DNA of 64,000 nt from an uncultured Bdellovibrionales bacterium (GTDB lineage: Bacteria > Bdellovibrionota > FAC87 > UBA2466), in assembly GCA_937903155.1 (NCBI GenBank), contig CALCZU010000030.1, positions 5,257-69,256 on the forward strand, in the 5' to 3' direction. The translations under genes and the position numbers were made by a program. The notes below the pieces were generated by a model. That model made no database searches. It was not told where the DNA came from and worked only from the letters and a program-made list of their open reading frames with translations. Below, piece after piece: positions 63,836-64,000 of the stretch; the stretch's first letter is position 1; the number at the start of each line of letters is the position of its first letter.

Positions 63836-64000
63836 TCAGGATCGTCGGGTTTTCAATGAGATTCCACACTTATCGGTATATTGTTTCATCAACGCCATCA
63901 AAACTGAGAGATCATTGGGTTTTTGAGCATAAGCATGAATCCAATTCTTAAACGAATCCAGCAATTGAGAACTGGCATTGCTGCCGGAAAACCCTAAGAT
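63836..64000 (-). CDS. Hypothetical protein, C-terminal fragment (ORF open to the window edge)
   Basis: Hand translation of the minus strand: one frame is open from nt 64000 to TGA at 63836-63838 (...SQLLDSFKNWIHAYAQKPNDLSVLMALMKQYTDKCGISLKTRRS). It ends 36 nt upstream of the XRE start. Too short for the ORF track. Confidence 0.3.
   Translation of the reverse strand: MLGFSGSNASSQLLDSFKNWIHAYAQKPNDLSVLMALMKQYTDKCGISLKTRRS

Noticed and set aside
1-64000. Scan for rRNA, tRNA, CRISPR arrays, IS elements, integrases or prophage blocks
   Set aside because: No intergenic region has cloverleaf-like tRNA features or regularly spaced direct repeats. No ORF shows transposase or integrase motifs. Gene content is contiguous chromosomal housekeeping and envelope functions.

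Overview
Gene-dense chromosomal window (about 60 CDS) from a Gram-negative (diderm) bacterium. GC looks mid-40s percent by eye; this was not computed. Diderm markers are kdsB, lepB, OmpA-family and beta-barrel proteins, Dsb oxidoreductases and MotAB-type stators. The many exported or lipoprotein ORFs and the orphan stator genes would fit a Bdellovibrio-like or Oligoflexia-like lineage, but that is low-confidence inference. Clear housekeeping genes are dnaE, pyrG, kdsB, pyk, lepB, lipB, pgsA, ung, msrB, hppD, ltaE, a UvrD-family helicase, an S41 tail-specific protease and an HtrA protease. A heptose-type nucleotide-sugar and glycosyltransferase cluster lies at 3.2-8.1 kb. I found no rRNA, tRNA, CRISPR array, transposase or integrase. 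Four things stand out. (1) At 38.6-45.8 kb, a tightly packed minus-strand operon of four exported paralogs shares a strongly conserved C-terminal helical module of about 200 aa. Three of them carry Cys-paired 37-40-aa RCC1-like propeller blades, the fourth carries an unrelated head, and a fifth exported helical protein leads the operon. (2) At 17.3-22.1 kb, a non-flagellar operon encodes a MotA/MotB stator pair, a bitopic membrane protein with a cytoplasmic FliG-C-like domain, a TPR protein and an exported protein. (3) A sigma-70-like protein has long extensions that appear to repeat the region-4 HTH. (4) Three long structured palindromes sit at convergent gene ends: one 38-bp stem, and two copies of a REP-like family, one of them interrupted. 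An acyltransferase-3 gene is broken by a 1-nt change in a T7 tract. All functional calls rest on motifs read from the supplied translations; no database search was run.
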